From Stylophora pistillata (Eukaryota), in assembly GCF_002571385.2 (NCBI RefSeq), contig NW_019217881.1, forward strand, positions 425,272 through 489,271: a DNA stretch of 64,000 bases, in the 5' to 3' direction. Below the pieces are notes generated by a model that was not told the origin of the DNA, searched no databases, and saw only the letters and a list, made by a program, of their open reading frames with translations. Positions 12,401-26,800 of the stretch are shown here, in pieces. How positions within the stretch are numbered: position 1 is the stretch's first letter; the number at the start of each line of letters is the position of its first letter. Position numbers and translations under genes: made by a program.

Positions 12401-13338
12401 CGAACATCACATCAGATTAAAATAAACATCAGCTTTTGTCTTTTAATGTATTATAAGAAAATACGTCAGCTACATGCTGTACGATTTACGGATCGATTTT
12501 GAGTCCTTAATTTTTGTTTACTAATAGCAAAATATTTATCTTTGGAGTAGAGTTTGCATTATGCCCACTAACCGCTGTGGCTTGGTGACAGACGCCATTT
12601 TTCCTCATTATCGACGGGAATTATTTCACTAAATAGTTTCTATTTCCATCAAGATTCTAAAAGCTATATTTCTCGGTAAAGCGTTAAGTTACGGCGTTTT
12701 CATAACAATTAGTAATATTTGGGGGCGATTTTGTTCATTTTAGTGTGAACGAAACAATTTACTAATAATTCTAATTTCAAAGAAAAGGAAAAGGCGGTCA
12801 GTTGAATAGAACTATGAACTCAAAGTTACAAAACAGAACCGAAAAAGAATGATTAAGTCACAAGCACTTACTACATTACTATCCGTCTGCATCTGTATCT
12901 ACGAACCTAAATTTTAAACAAGCGATAACTTAGTACCTTTGGGAAGGGTCTTTCATTCAAGAATTAGAATATTTCCCGTTTATCATTAATTTACACCAGA
13001 CAGTGTTTACAAGAGCAGCTTACCTGCTGTTCATCGATACCCCAGAAGCTGAGTTCTTCCTCAAATAGGGGACCACAAACATCTGAAGGGCAGTGAAGCT
13101 TCCCCGTACGGTAAAAGTTTAGGATCTGCGTGAAAACCCCAGGGTGTCTGTCGAAGAAGTACTCCTCCTTCACGGTATCATATTCCGGTGTACGAGCGAC
13201 TGTGGTGTGATGTTCTCCAAGATAAGACAGTCGTGTATCTGGAATGGTCTTCAGCGTACTCAGAAAGGTTTCATGTCGTACTCCACCAACATTTATCACA
13301 ATTCTATTGGAGCGCTTCTTGGTCTTGCTAGAAGGCAT
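6482..13338 (-). CDS. Shaw: Shaw/Kv3-family voltage-gated K+ channel subunit, paralog A (~1090 aa, probable regulatory subunit)
   Basis: Exons 13338-13024, 10527-10306, 9793-9266, 9122-8573 and 8139-6482 join in frame with GT-AG introns. T1 domain [10 protein letters not shown]...FFDRHP...[24 protein letters not shown]1-S6, pore [15 protein letters not shown]6 [12 protein letters not shown]. Confidence 0.9.
7413..7641 (-). repeat. 45-bp coding tandem repeat x5 ([15 protein letters not shown])
   Basis: Near-identical in-frame units within the last exon of channel paralog A. Confidence 0.95.
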
Positions 13339-16300
13339 GGTTATTCAGTTCTTGGTATATCATACAAAAAAGACCAAGGTGGCTCGTAATTAGTACGAGA
13401 GAATTTTTGCCATATACCTCTACATTTGATGATTATATTCTCTCTGTTAGAATTGACACCGTCTCATTACCAATAAGATTTCCGTAACTAACCTGGCACT
13501 TTTCAGTAAGTTACAGATATTTTTTGCGTCGAGTGTTCTGTTGAGTTGTATTTGACCGAAAAGCATTCTCGCTGCCTATGCTAATGCTATCAAATGATAT
13601 AGAGCACTGTCTATAAGTCTTCCAGGGCCTTTGAGCCGTTTGCATCATTGTTAATTTCTTTGCAAGCTGTCCTCACAGAAATTATTAAATGGTGCACTTA
13701 GATCATTAACCAATCAAAGTCCACCTTATGACGTTCGAAGATGACGGCGATATTTCACAATTATATCACAGAAAACAACTTTTGCTTTGACAAGACCTTT
13801 TGTCATCCACCTGTCAGTTCTAGCGCATTAATTCGGGTCAAACGCATTTTTTTTCTCACGTTCTGTTGGTCCAAAATATTTAACTTGTCTTTAATTCTAC
13901 TCACAACAATTTGTGAGCGATGTGTTTTATATTTAACAAATTTCATAATTTGAAAATAACGTACACCTACTGTCACGTGAGAAAAAACTTTTATCCTGCA
14001 ATTAATAATCATCTGAATCTATATGCAAGTAATTTAATCGTGTATCGTACGCCTACATCTTGCTTTAGATCAAATGACGTCCCTACCGATTTAATTTTTC
14101 CGCCCCGCCTATCTTCTCCGAAAATATCCGAAATCTTCCGACTGAACCTTTTTTTCGAGCCACAATTAAGTAACTAATACTTACAAAAATTCAGCTGAAT
14201 TCTAGTGTCCTTAATTTCTATATTTAAAAAGTTCAGAATACACATCAAAATGTAGCATCCAAAAGAAGTCATACATAGAAAAAAATGTTAACTTGCAAAA
14301 AGCTTAATCATCGGGTTAACTGCACGAAGTGAATGTTTAAAATCTTGGATGACAAAACCTTGAAATCTGAATAAATTATGAAGAAAAATTCGCAAACAAA
14401 ATAATCAGTTACCTGATCGTAACGAATTATTGACTGTCATTTTTACGTGCATTAACAAAATATTTGCGCCGTATGTTAAATTCTCAGATCACTTAATTTG
14501 TGTTTGCTCTGTATAAAATTTATAAAGGATCAAGTCAAGACAGTGAACTCTACGCGATGTATCAGCGAGGCCGCGTCACAAGACTAAATTTTCAGTTCTC
14601 GCCCGGTTCGCTGCCTTCGTTTGAAGTATTTCAGTATCGTGAGGAAAGAGTCTTAGTCTGCTTTTGATCCATCTTCAAAATTGCCTCTCAGGCTAAACCC
14701 GAATTTACAATTTTTCACAATCGACTCAATTAAGCTAGGCATCAGAATCAACGCCATATTAGGTAACATTAGTCCTGTCGGTCGCGGTTTACATTCAAAT
14801 TTACGAAAGACCTCACAAGATGCAAACATATTGTGACTAGTAATTATTTATTCACGTAGAAAAAATATCACACAACTCCCAGTCTTTCGTTTTGTTAGGT
14901 TATAGCTTCGCGGATGTTGTTTACTAAAATCATCCAAAATAATGCCTGACTTTGAAGTCCTTCCCCCTGCAGTTGGGTTTTAAAAATAATCACTTGCGCT
15001 TAAAGTGTGTTTCAAAACAAGTCGATAATAAGCTCAGGTCGACTCGTTCGAAAGTGTGATATTCAATGGGTGTTTACAATTCTTTTTCTACCACATGATC
15101 GTGGAGTTTGCATTAAAAAAGGAAAAAAGTGAATGCGAAGGATGATTTCCTTTATTTACTATGGTGCTGGCTGACACTTCCTGTAAAGTTGATATCAGAT
15201 AAGCACAAGCTGGTTTAATAATCACACCCTCCCCTTCAAATTTTCTTCTCAGTTTTATCATTTTGCTTTCTAATCATTATATTTCTTTTTTTTTTTTATT
15301 TTAGCCAACTTTAAGCAAAGGGTTGATAGGTTAGGTGCGCATTGTAACCAATTCATTCGATCTCTTGAAACAGCCTTACTAAGAAAACATTTACCAGAGC
15401 AATTTATTAACATTTGTTAGCAAATTTGGAAATCAGTCATAAAGCATAAACGTTATATACACACATAATTTCCTTAGAATTACAGCTTCGATAGAAGTAA
15501 ACTTGGCAAAATTTAGTTGAGTGAATGATTCGCGTCGAGCTTCTTTCAAAATGCTGGTGACGTTTGCCATTAACGGGGACAATTAGGCTGTCAACCTTAA
15601 TGTAATTCAGAGCAATCTAGAATCCAAAATTTGCAAGCGGCTGGAATCATATCTGTCATCAAATATCGAATAATGCTGTTCAAATCTTACCTGTGAGTGA
15701 GTAACATTTCGGAGCGACTCCGTTTTGAAGTAGTTTTTGAACAATTTGAACTATCTCCTGTCTGTTCCAGCTTACATTTGCTTGAGTATGAAAAAAAAAA
15801 AAACAGTACGCCGAATGATAGCGCGGAATCTTTGAAGGTAGATATGATGATAAACGTTTCCTTCGAGGCCAATAAATACCTTGTTCGTTTATCCGAGAAA
15901 TTCCCAGGTGAAAGACGCATTGAGCTGCGATCCAATCGATTTGAAAGTTGTCTTCCCTATATACGACAGTGACAGCTGTGTTATTTACTGCTTAGAATCA
16001 TAAGCTCTTTTAGTCGGGCGATTTATTGTAGTGAGTCGACGAATCTCATTAGCAAGTTGAAGCTGTCTTCACCCCTCGGAGCTAACGATAACGAATTATA
16101 TGGGAGGGCTTTGTCCACTTGCATAATAACAAAGTTCTATGAATGTGAGCTAGTCACGAAGAGGAGTTCAAATCTTGAAAATTACTTTAGGATGACACCC
16201 GCTGCAGGCTATCTTCCATGTTTTCAGCTAATTTTGGTATAGCTAAGAGTTACGGTTGGAAACAACGTTGAATTAGTCACAAAAGGGATATTATTTTTAC

Positions 16301-17184
16301 ATGATGTTTTGGTTTAAGAAGAGGAAGTTTTGCTTAGTGGGTGATAATGCTTCTAAGAATCCAAAAGCAAAACATGCATCCAACAAAACCATAAGGGTGG
16401 GCTTAGTTCTGGCTTACAACGTCGTTGATTTCTAAAGTCATTAGCTCTGTTTCGAGTTATAAAATCAAGTGGTTTGAAGTTCAATCGTATGTGCCAACGG
16501 GTTTTCCGCAGACAGAAATATTCTAATTTTTGCCATGCCTCAACAGAGTATTCTATAAGCCTTTTGGTTGAATTTAAGGAAGAAGCTCCCTCACAAACAA
16601 ATCAGAAGACAAAGGCCTCAAATTTTATTTTTTAGCATATGGTTAAAGTGTATGGAAAATTGTCTTTTTTGAATCTATACGTCCAATTTAGCTCAAAAAT
16701 TATTTTGTTATACAGGCAACATGAAGCAGCCGACACATTGTTTGTTTAGGAAAAAAGAGATCACTTCATAACGATGATTATTCGTTTACCTTTGTGGTAT
16801 TTATGTTATTTTACACAAGATTTTGAATTTATGTCAACTTATCTTTAATTCTATCCGGATGTAAAATTTTCGAAATTGATTTCAAAGCCTTTGACATCCC
16901 AGTATATGAAAGCAACCAATTGAAGAACACCTTTGAACGAGTCAATTCATTTTGCTTTTTGATCTCCACCACTCTTGTTGACATTTTCATCCGCCAAATT
17001 GTTTTCAAGTTTGGTCAGTTGATTGCATTGTGTAAATAATTCTGAAATAAACGGGGAATAAATCAAAGCGCACCAACCAAAGGATCATGACTTGGGTCCC
17101 AAAATATGATGAAGCAGCATGTTTAAGATTTAAAAAAAATTGTCGAATGTGAAATATTTCCTGGTGCCAATTGATTGTCAAGGC

Positions 17185-17315
17185 GCCAGAGCGTATTCCG
17201 GCTGCCGTGTCATGAACCAACTAGGAGTGTTACCACTCTCCTTGTATGGATTGCTTAGACAGCGCTGTTACTCCCAAGGATCCCACACTTTTGGGTGGGG
17301 ACGGGAACACAATAT
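17185..17315 (-). mobile_element. Heavily degenerate SINE fragment related to 367-662
   Basis: CATGAACCAACTAGGAGTGTTACCACTCTCCTTGTATGGATTGC...GTTACTCCCA loosely matches the reverse complement of the 3' half of the SINE at 367-662. Confidence 0.35.
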
Positions 17316-19949
17316 ATAACCGCTCGCGGAGCCCAGCGTGTCACCGGCTCTCCTACGTGGGGTAGAACTTTTAAATACTAAAAGCATATTATTTCCTAGC
17401 AAAGCAAAGCTCTCTCTGTCACTGTTCAGATAATAAGGCCGGGATTAAACAGATTTGCTTATTTTTTGTTCGTGATGCTTATAGTGACTGTGGATGCTAA
17501 GCGGAGAGATAATTCTTGCTAATCAAGCCGGTCCGAGAGCACGTCAGTGTATATCTCTTTCAGAGATTCACTTATCGCAAACCAGTATTGAAAAAGGCAG
17601 TCACGGTGTTGTACTGGATTACGTCAGTTTACCGCAAAATGTTACAAAGGTCTACAAATCGTATCATCAGTTTGAGTTATCACTGAAGAGATACGACATG
17701 GTAGCCCTTGGAGGGAGAAAAAGTTTAAGAATGACCGACAGCGATTTGTGACTTTGTTGAGATATTGATTCCTTATCTTGTCCAGAACTAAGTAATACTG
17801 AATAGTATTCCTTGTGACATACCTGCAGACTGCTGACGAGAAACTGATGTCCAACCATGTGACGATGATGTATCCCTGTAATCCCTGAGCGACAACAAAT
17901 AATCCAAAGAATTAGCTCATCAAACTGGATATAAGATTACCTTACAGATGACAATTCTGAACGACGAGGGTATGTTAAGGGCCCATCTATGCGCCATGTC
18001 GTATGTTATGGACCCGGTTCAGTAAACTGACTCACTTGTTTAACATTAAATAGCAGAAGCCATCTGCGCCAGGTTAGCGACTTTACAACAGGCAACTAGA
18101 TAACCGTATTTCCATTTAAATTGTTTCCATTGTTTTAAACAGGAAGAAAGTTCTAGAATTGAAAGTATTTTGGAGCTTCACTGCATTTAAAGGCACACAT
18201 TTATCGCAAGTTCTTGATTAAATTCATTATATACCTGGTAATCTACAATCAAATTATAGTTGTGGATTCAAAGAGCTTAAGGATGCTCCGATTATGGTAT
18301 CGTTTTGGTAAAATAACCAATAGACTAACGCTGATGAAGATCTTCTACTTCTAATTAAGTTTGCATACTGAGAAGTGCGCAAAAACTATTTATTTTGCAA
18401 GCATACTCACCTTATAAACTAAAACTCTTCTGTCATCAGCCGCTTTCTCTCCGTGCATTTTTATTCTGTTCACAAGTGACTTTATTGACACTCTAAAGAG
18501 CTTTAACACGAAATATTAACCGCCTTATTGACGCAGGAAGATATCAGTGTCCGTTGGCGGGCATGCGTAGATGCATCGGTTGCAGGTGTTTCTTTCGTAA
18601 ACGACGGACGTTTTAAGATTGTTTGCTTAAAACTGTCTCCACGGATGACAAAACCATGACTTCTGAACCTATTTCGTTTGATTGGTCTTTCCGTGGGATA
18701 TATTTAGACTTTGAGGCTACTTTCCATGAAACAGGGAAGCTGTGTACCTCCTTTGAAGTTGGTCTTAAATTTTGGGATTCACTTTGCAGTAAGAAAAGTC
18801 AACAAAATTAGGTAAAATAGGCCAGAATACGAGGTATCAATTGCCAAATTTTCTGTTTTAAACTTCTGTTGATAGGAAATACAAAGATATACGAAATCGG
18901 ATTTCCGCTTTCCATCGGCTGTTATCCGATTGTGTTCAATTTCAACGTACTGCTTCTTTTTTCTTCTTCTTCTGCTTCTTTCGAGCGTAACCTTCTATAA
19001 TTGCGGGAAAGATCCTGACATTAATCCCTAAAATATCATATATCCTTCTTTACTTTTATCAACATGGTTCCCTCGACATCTTTAATTGTTCGCGCATAAG
19101 TGATGCAAAATAAGCTATGACATCATTTTGTGCATCGTAACAAAGTACAAAGACCAGCAATTGTTTTGCTCGCAAAAACCGACGGGAGCATGTTATTCCG
19201 CGACCCGTACGGCGTATTCCATAAATTGTGTAATTGAACAGCGGTGATTAGTTATCGGGGTTTCAATGTGCATGAAAGTTTATATCAGTGTCTCTATACG
19301 TACAGCCTCCGTAAAGGCCCTTCATTACGAACGTTTTGGCGCGAGACTCTTCCCTTCTCAAGAAAATTCGAGGCCTTTAGCAAAGCGGGCCGGTTGGAGG
19401 TCTGGCACTAATTATCATTACCAGACCTCTCGCTCGCACGCGTCGATCAAGGCTTAAACTTCCTCGCCGGTGAAAAGACTCTTGTGGCAAAGCAATAATA
19501 GTAAGAGCTGGCATGGGCTTCTATACAAAGAATCCTTTATCTTTCACCGACATCCTCCACTTTTTGAATGAACGTTTTACTTATCGTTCTCATCAATAAC
19601 AACAACAAACAAACTGTTAGAGACTACGCCAACTCTGCCTTCTCCTTTGTTTTCAAATTTGACAGACAGTTTCTATGGTAACGATTAAACAAAAAAATAA
19701 CTGTATGGATCTCCTGTTCATTTCACTGTAAATAAAGTATGGTATGACCACTCGGTATCAACGAAACTGTTCAGTTTCAAGTCATTCATTATCAGTCCTG
19801 AACATGGCTAATATTCTACCAAGGATTCTTATTGATGAGAGCGATTTTATGTTTGTTTGTTTGTTTTTTTTTTTCCAAATAGGTGACTGTTCATGAATCC
19901 TTATAAGACAAGTGGTACTTTGATCATAAACATTTTGGCAACTAAATGA

Positions 19950-22900
19950 CTAAGTGACATTATTATTTGCAGGTTGTAAACGATTAGAGTCCAGTCCCTT
20001 TGTGCTCTCTTCTGATTCACTATCGCCTTCAGGAAGCTCTGGATGCGCTCTTATCGGAATCAAGTTTAACGAGAAATGCGCCGAGCGTCTCCCGTATCGT
20101 CTGTTGTCTGTGGATTCGTGGTTAGGTAAAGCGTCCATTTCTTCCGAAGGACTTTTCTTTGTAGAATTCAATAATCCTAGTTCAAACCCTGAGGTGACCA
20201 GCGATGAATAGCGACCTCTTCCATTACTGTTTGCGCCGTCCGGTGAGGCAACACTTACACTGGTTTGCGGCGTGGCAAGCTGCAAAGCTTTAAGGGCATT
20301 ATCCACCATATTTTTCTTTCCTCTTGAAGGGAGTTTGAGCTTAACTTTGGCGTAGGAATTATACAACGAGAAGTTGCTGGCCACAACGGATACTGGTAGT
20401 GCTATCATAAGAACCCCACTGATAGCACAAACACAACCCACCAGTTTACCGGGCAAGGTCGTTGGAAACATGTCACCGTATCCTACTGTTGTCATGGTAA
20501 CCAGAGCCCACCAGAACGAGACTGGGATATTGATAAATTTAGTTTCGGGGGTCCTTCGTTCGGAGTAATAAGCCAGGCTACCATAAACCACCACCTCAAG
20601 AGCAAGAATGAAAATCAAGAAGTAAAGTTCACGTGAGCTGGCACGTAGCGTCTGTGTAAATACTTGCATAACATAAGAAAATTTTAGCGGTCGAAAGGTG
20701 CGGAACATTCGAAATACGTACAAGATTGTCAAGTTTCTGAGTATTTCGTCATATGGAGTCAAGATGATCAAGTAGAATGGGATGATTGCAATGAAGTCAG
20801 CCCAGTTTTGAAGCGTCTTTAGAAAACGTCGTCGATCAGGACAGCACAGTAGACGAATGGCGATATCTAATGTGAACCAAGAAACCGCAATACTCTCAAC
20901 GATAAAAAGAACTTGATTCTGTGGAGAATTCTCATTACTGAAGTACTCCAAAGTCAAGATGCAAAACTGTGTGACGACTGCTACGTTGAAAATGAGGGAG
21001 ATAAAGCCAACAGCCTGTTAATCAAGAAAAAAAAACCTTCTGAATAAAAAGTTTGTTTGCCCCGTTTGTACACAACTGTAGCTCAACTCTAACTTCATAA
21101 GACCAGTGTCCAGTTGATCCTAAGATCACCAGCGCGCTGCCTTTAATGATCGATTGAAGTTTAAAAAAAGTTTGTTGCTACCTTATTAGCAGCGTGCTTC
21201 TAACAAGGTATTATTGAGAAAAACCTGCTATCTCTATAGCCAAAATAATATCATGTTTATTTTTCTGCGCAGTCTGACCGCATGGTTATTAAGTGCATGG
21301 TTACTAATTACATGGTTACTAAATGCATGGTTACTAAAGCTGCGAGTAATCGGCCTGCAATCATTAACAGGCGACGAAAGGGATACTATATTTTTGAAAA
21401 CTGACTTGACGCGCACAAGAAATATGTTGCCAGTTCTGTCTAAAGCAAAATTGAAACGAATGATAATGATAATAATACCCTTGAGGGAAATGAACTTCCG
21501 CAGAACTACTCTGTTACATCCTTTGTGCCTTGAAGGTGAACTTTAAAGCGCAGCCCTTAACTTTTGTGAGGACTTTTAGGTAACCTAAAACTGTTCAAGG
21601 GTTAACAGAATCAAGTATATTGGAAATCTCCGTAATTGTTTCAACAAAAGTTATTCATCGATACAACATCTAGCCATAAAGTTCAGTATAAGTGAAATGT
21701 AACTGTCAAAATATTCACCTGATCACTGCTTAATTTTTTTTACTGAACTTCATGCGGATAATTAGAACAAATGCGCGCATTATGAAAATTACTTTGGAAC
21801 ATAGATATCGACTTTTCATGGTAATGGTTTAATTCCCTGTTTTCGCCTTCCAGTTGAATATATTAACAGAAAATTGAAGTAACAAAAAAGGAACCAAATG
21901 TTACATGCCGCGACCACACTAAACATTATTTCAAGAACTGTTACTAATAAAGCTTTGGTTTTCATCGTAATTTAATGATCAAGGTTTGGAAAGCTAAAAG
22001 AAGCTTTCAAAACGAAAAGAAACAAGTTATGTATTCAAGACAGATTTCTAAAGCTCTTGAGAATATCTGATACATCAACAAAAGATTTTTTTCTTCAGGA
22101 ACGGAACGAGACAAACACATGCTCACCTGGACGTTTATAAAGAAAGACAAAAGCGAATATAAGGCCCACAAATACTAAGACCTCAAAATTATCTTCTATT
22201 TTGAATTGATCAGTACATCTCTATACTTTGATGTAAACAATAGACAGAATTTGAAATACTCGTAAAGTGGTTTACTATATTCCTTTCTGTTCTTATCTCG
22301 CTGGTCTCTAGGAAATTTGCCTTTGTTATCGTGGCTTTTATCTTGTTGCTTTTTAATATCTTTCAAGTCGAGGAAGAAGTGACTCATTTTCAACCAAAAA
22401 TATCGGAAGCGGCATTTTCAATAGTCGACGTTAAGTCTTAGTTCACCAATCACAAAGAGAATAAAGGTGCTTTCGTTCATTAGAAGAGGTCCCTTAATAG
22501 AAGACTGAACAAACAGTGTTAAGACTAAATTAGGAAAGAACATCTTATTCCCTGACAGTAAGCAAAGATCCTGCGAGTCATAATACCAGGCTACTGACAC
22601 AAACTGCTGATTGTCGGCCGTAAGTCTTCATCGCTTCGACATTAAAATCCGCGGAAACCATATGTTCAGATGGGGATTTTAGCTCGAATCATTTCATTTA
22701 AATGTTTGCAGTTCCAATCTCTCCGGCTTCTTCCGCAAATTTATTGAATATGAAAGGAAGAAAGCCCGAAACACTGTTGTTATGAGAACTATTACCAGAT
22801 ACATTAAAAAGCAAAAAAATTAAAAATGTAAGCTATTATTCACGAGAGCAGAATCATCATTAATGCCGCGAATATAAAATTTTATTTCAAGCGATAACAG

Positions 22901-23839
22901 CGATACATTTTATCACAACGTGGCAACTTTTGTCTTTTAAATGCAAATAACTTTGAAGTTGAAATCAAATGAGAAATGAAGAACTTTTTTTATTTTTTTA
23001 TTAAAAAGCTTCGACTGAGGGTAAATTACAAGTAAATAAATTAGTGAAATTTGGCGAACTCACAAAAACAAACCCCGAGCAGTAACTGAGCAGTGACTGA
23101 AGAAATCGACTTCACAGAATGCTATTCACATTGACAGAAGTCTTTTCCCTAGAGATCCTAAGTTGAAAAACAAATTAAGTACAAAAACGTTGGCTAATGT
23201 GCTAGCGCTAACTATTAAGCAGGATGTTATACATACCCTGGCAAATTTCGACGAGTAAGGATCATCAAATGTTTTCCATATTTTTTTTTTCATGGTGTAC
23301 CATAGATTCCTCCAGCGAGCAGCTGCTGTTGTGACCCGCCGAGCTGGGTCTTGCGAGGCAAAAAGTTCACTTCCACTACTGGGGATTTCGATGTCACCAG
23401 ACCCGCTATCGATGTCTTCAAAGTCTGAATCTTGATCTTCGTCACGTGAGAAGCCTTGAAGTTTTTCTTCAGCGTCGCGATGTTCATCATATTTTGCCCA
23501 ACAACAAGTTTCAATCTGTTTCTCGTCCAGACCCCAGAAGTTAAGCTCTTCCTCAAAGAGTGGTCCGCACACATCCCTCGGACAATGTAGTTTCCCTGTA
23601 CGGTAGTAGTTGAGAATATGTGTAAAAACTGCGGGGTTCCGGTCGAAGAAAAATTCTCGCTTTTGTCCGAGCGGTCTTGGATCCTTCAGGGCTCGTTCAG
23701 CTATCCATGCCAGTCGCGTGTCAGGGATGCTTGCCAAAGTACTCACAAATGTTTCGTGTCTTTGCCCTCCGACGTTCAAATAAAGCCTTGTTTCTCCGGG
23801 GTTGTCAGCGTCAAAGAGACGCGATCGCGATCGAGACAT
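19950..23839 (-). CDS. Shaw: Shaw/Kv3-family voltage-gated K+ channel subunit, paralog B (~555 aa, probable regulatory subunit)
   Basis: Exons 23839-23237 and 21014-19950 (phase 0). T1 LNVGGQRHET...[23 protein letters not shown]; pore FWWALVTMTTVGYGDMFP; S6 [12 protein letters not shown]. Confidence 0.92.
21280..21339. repeat. 15-bp imperfect tandem repeat x4 (GCATGGTTACTAA core), intronic
   Basis: Read directly. Confidence 0.8.
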
Positions 23840-26800
23840 CTTTGGGGCAATTGAATGTTGTGGCGCCGAACCGGAGTTGTTCGACGCAGCAGCAGCAGTG
23901 CCGTCGACAGGATAATCAGTGATACAGTCAGACTGCGTCTGTTCTTGAATTCTAATGCAATAATGTTAAAATTCAGTATCACGAGAGAGAGGTCAGGGGT
24001 AATATCTACCTATCGGTTAATATCAACCGACCAATCTGGCACTTTGCCTGGCTTACTACAACCAAAAATAATGTCAAAAGTTTGGTTGCACAGTTACCCT
24101 GGGCAATAAGGCATCTCTTGCTCATTTAACACTAAATCAATCTGCAAACACGTGGTGAGTAAACACATAAATCCCTTCTCTGATCCAAGTACGCCCCCGG
24201 GCTTTGTTAATCACGTTCAGTTGCTGAACAAATGTACTTTCTCGGTGGCAAAAACTTTAGCATATCCATTTATTCCTGAATCAGTTATTTTCTTTTGAAA
24301 GAGTCAGGTTAATGGACCTTTAAGCAAGTTTTAAATAGCTGTTCTAATATCTTCTTACCCCGCATTGATAAAATAATATTTGTGTTTTTATCGCGCTAAC
24401 AGTGGTGTTCCTGAGACACGAATAAAACGCGCGTCAACAGCGGAAACTTCTGAAAATTGTTGTGTCTACCTCAATGCTTTTTAAATCGCTCGTCCCTTTG
24501 TTGGTTTGATCCAAAAGCGAAACACACCGGACATGTCACCGAGCAAAAGCCATAGTAATCATAATAAAATGAACGGCAATTCGACTGACTGTTAATCAGT
24601 AAACGCATTTTCATGTTCTTGACAGAAGGCTGCGGATGACATGTATCTTTGGTTTGTGTGATTAATTCATTAGTCAAGGTGAGCAATTGAAATCATTACT
24701 GGAAGGAATCAGTTTGGCTAGACTCGCGAGTGAATGACGTTTTTACTCTTGCGTGGAGTGGTTAGTTCCTACAGAGGTTGACCAGCCGAACTGTATAATT
24801 ACTCCACGACTTTGTGCATTTTTCATGCAGCTTACATCGAATACATAACCGCGTACTCTAATAACCTGGCAAATTTACTTTATCTTTAAAATATTTGGCT
24901 TGTCTGAACTGTCTTTTTAGCGCCTTCTCATAAATTTAATGGAATTAAATGAAGTGGCACTACACTCTTTAGCTGCGTATGATACAGGCATACAGCAAAG
25001 GCCAAGTTTGAACAATCAAGCGTCCCACGAAAAAGAACGTTGGCAAAACATCAATTCTACTCACACAGCTGCTATTTTAACCTCCCTCTCTCGTTTGGAT
25101 ATAAACGACATTTCACTGTATTTCCTCGTCGATCCAGAATTGAAGTGAGTATCCTGGTAACTATCGCTTTATGAGGTAAGTGCTCCTCTTACTGATAAAA
25201 CCCGAGGGGATATATTCGTTGTCGAATTCAACATTTGTCCCATTCCTCTTCAACTCGATTTGTCGCTGACGTTAAACATTCCCGAAGGATATGGTGAACA
25301 ATTATTTCAGGGTGATGAGTGATGTGTTAAAGAAACAGGAAAGGCCACTGGACACGGAATAGTTTTTTAATATAGCATATTTTATGTTCAAGGAGAACTT
25401 CCCGATTCTTATGGGTGAATCATTTACAATACGTCTATGTTAATTTACTCTACAGTACTTTATCCTAAAGGGGCAGAAAATATTTATCGATATGATGAGG
25501 TTGATGCATATTTCACGCGATTTTGTTGTCCCCCTGGCGAGACAAATCTCTTTTTAATTGACTCATCATGATTTATTCAGTTTCTTTTTATAGACCTCCA
25601 CTGCAAAGCATTACATTACCTTTTTAAAACCGCGAATGTTGCTGTTACCTAAAAATTCTTTCTTTTGATCGGTTTATTGCACCCACATGACAACTCTGAG
25701 CGTGAGCTTGCACGACTATCCAGCACGTTATTAACATATGATTTCCATTTGTCTCAACATTGCAATTCCTTTTATACGCGATGTTATGGCAACCTTTATC
25801 GCGGTACACATCACTTGATTATAACACCCACCATCATCAATCATTCTTAAATATTTTGGAAAGGGATGATGTAATTTGGCGTTTGTAACAATCATGACAT
25901 GTCAGTTTATCAGAGTAACGCAAAGTTCCCTTCTTACGAATTCAGCTGTCACCTACATCTAGAGGTAGGCAACTTAGGATGCAAAATAATTGTTATAACC
26001 CAGTTGTTGGGTCAATTACGAAGTAAAGTATCAAACAATGCGTATGTGACCTGACGCGACATCGGAAGTAGAGGCGGCGAGGGCCCGGGATTGGTTAGGG
26101 GAAGTGTTGTGTTGGGAGGGAGAGGAGATTAGGCTGACAGATCGACGAATTTGTCCAAAAATACGTGTAGATTCAAGTTGGACTCTTAAGCGATTACTTG
26201 AATGAGTATACAGATTTCGTTTGTCAGCCCAGAAAATTACGTTCTGAAAACTCGTTGGTCAATATTTCCGGACGGGTATCCATACCAAGGACGTCGTCTT
26301 GCTCGCAGTGAAAGGGGCATCTTTCTTTCGTGGTGTGTTTGCGCAAAAAGCAACCGCCAAACAAAAAGAGAAAAACAAAAACAGAAACAAAATTAAACGG
26401 AAAACAAACTCACACAAGCGAGTTTGCCTACCGTCACCTAAAACTGACGATGAAATAAGATAATCTGACGGAGAAAACCTGCTAAGCAGGTTAAAAGTGC
26501 GGGATGGTTTCGCAGCCGAAAGACAAAGACAATATTTGCATTTTCTCCCACCATGTATACCATGCCAGGAGAATATCTGCGACATTACCGCCTCTATATA
26601 TTCTCAATCGATATTCAGACGTCTAATGGCCGACGTATTAGCGTCAGTTACTTTTTTTAGGCTTACCCTATAATCATCGATCATCTCGTGTTCACATCGT
26701 ATCGACCAACAAGTCATTACAAGGTTTATCTGTCTGGCTTTCTTAAATAGGCATGTCAAGTTTAGTTCACATTCAGACTGATGACATAAGCGCAATTCAG

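Noticed and set aside
26040-26130. Promoter (CGGAAGT, GATTGG, GC-rich patch)
   Set aside because: Short motifs only; cannot be tied to a transcript from sequence alone.
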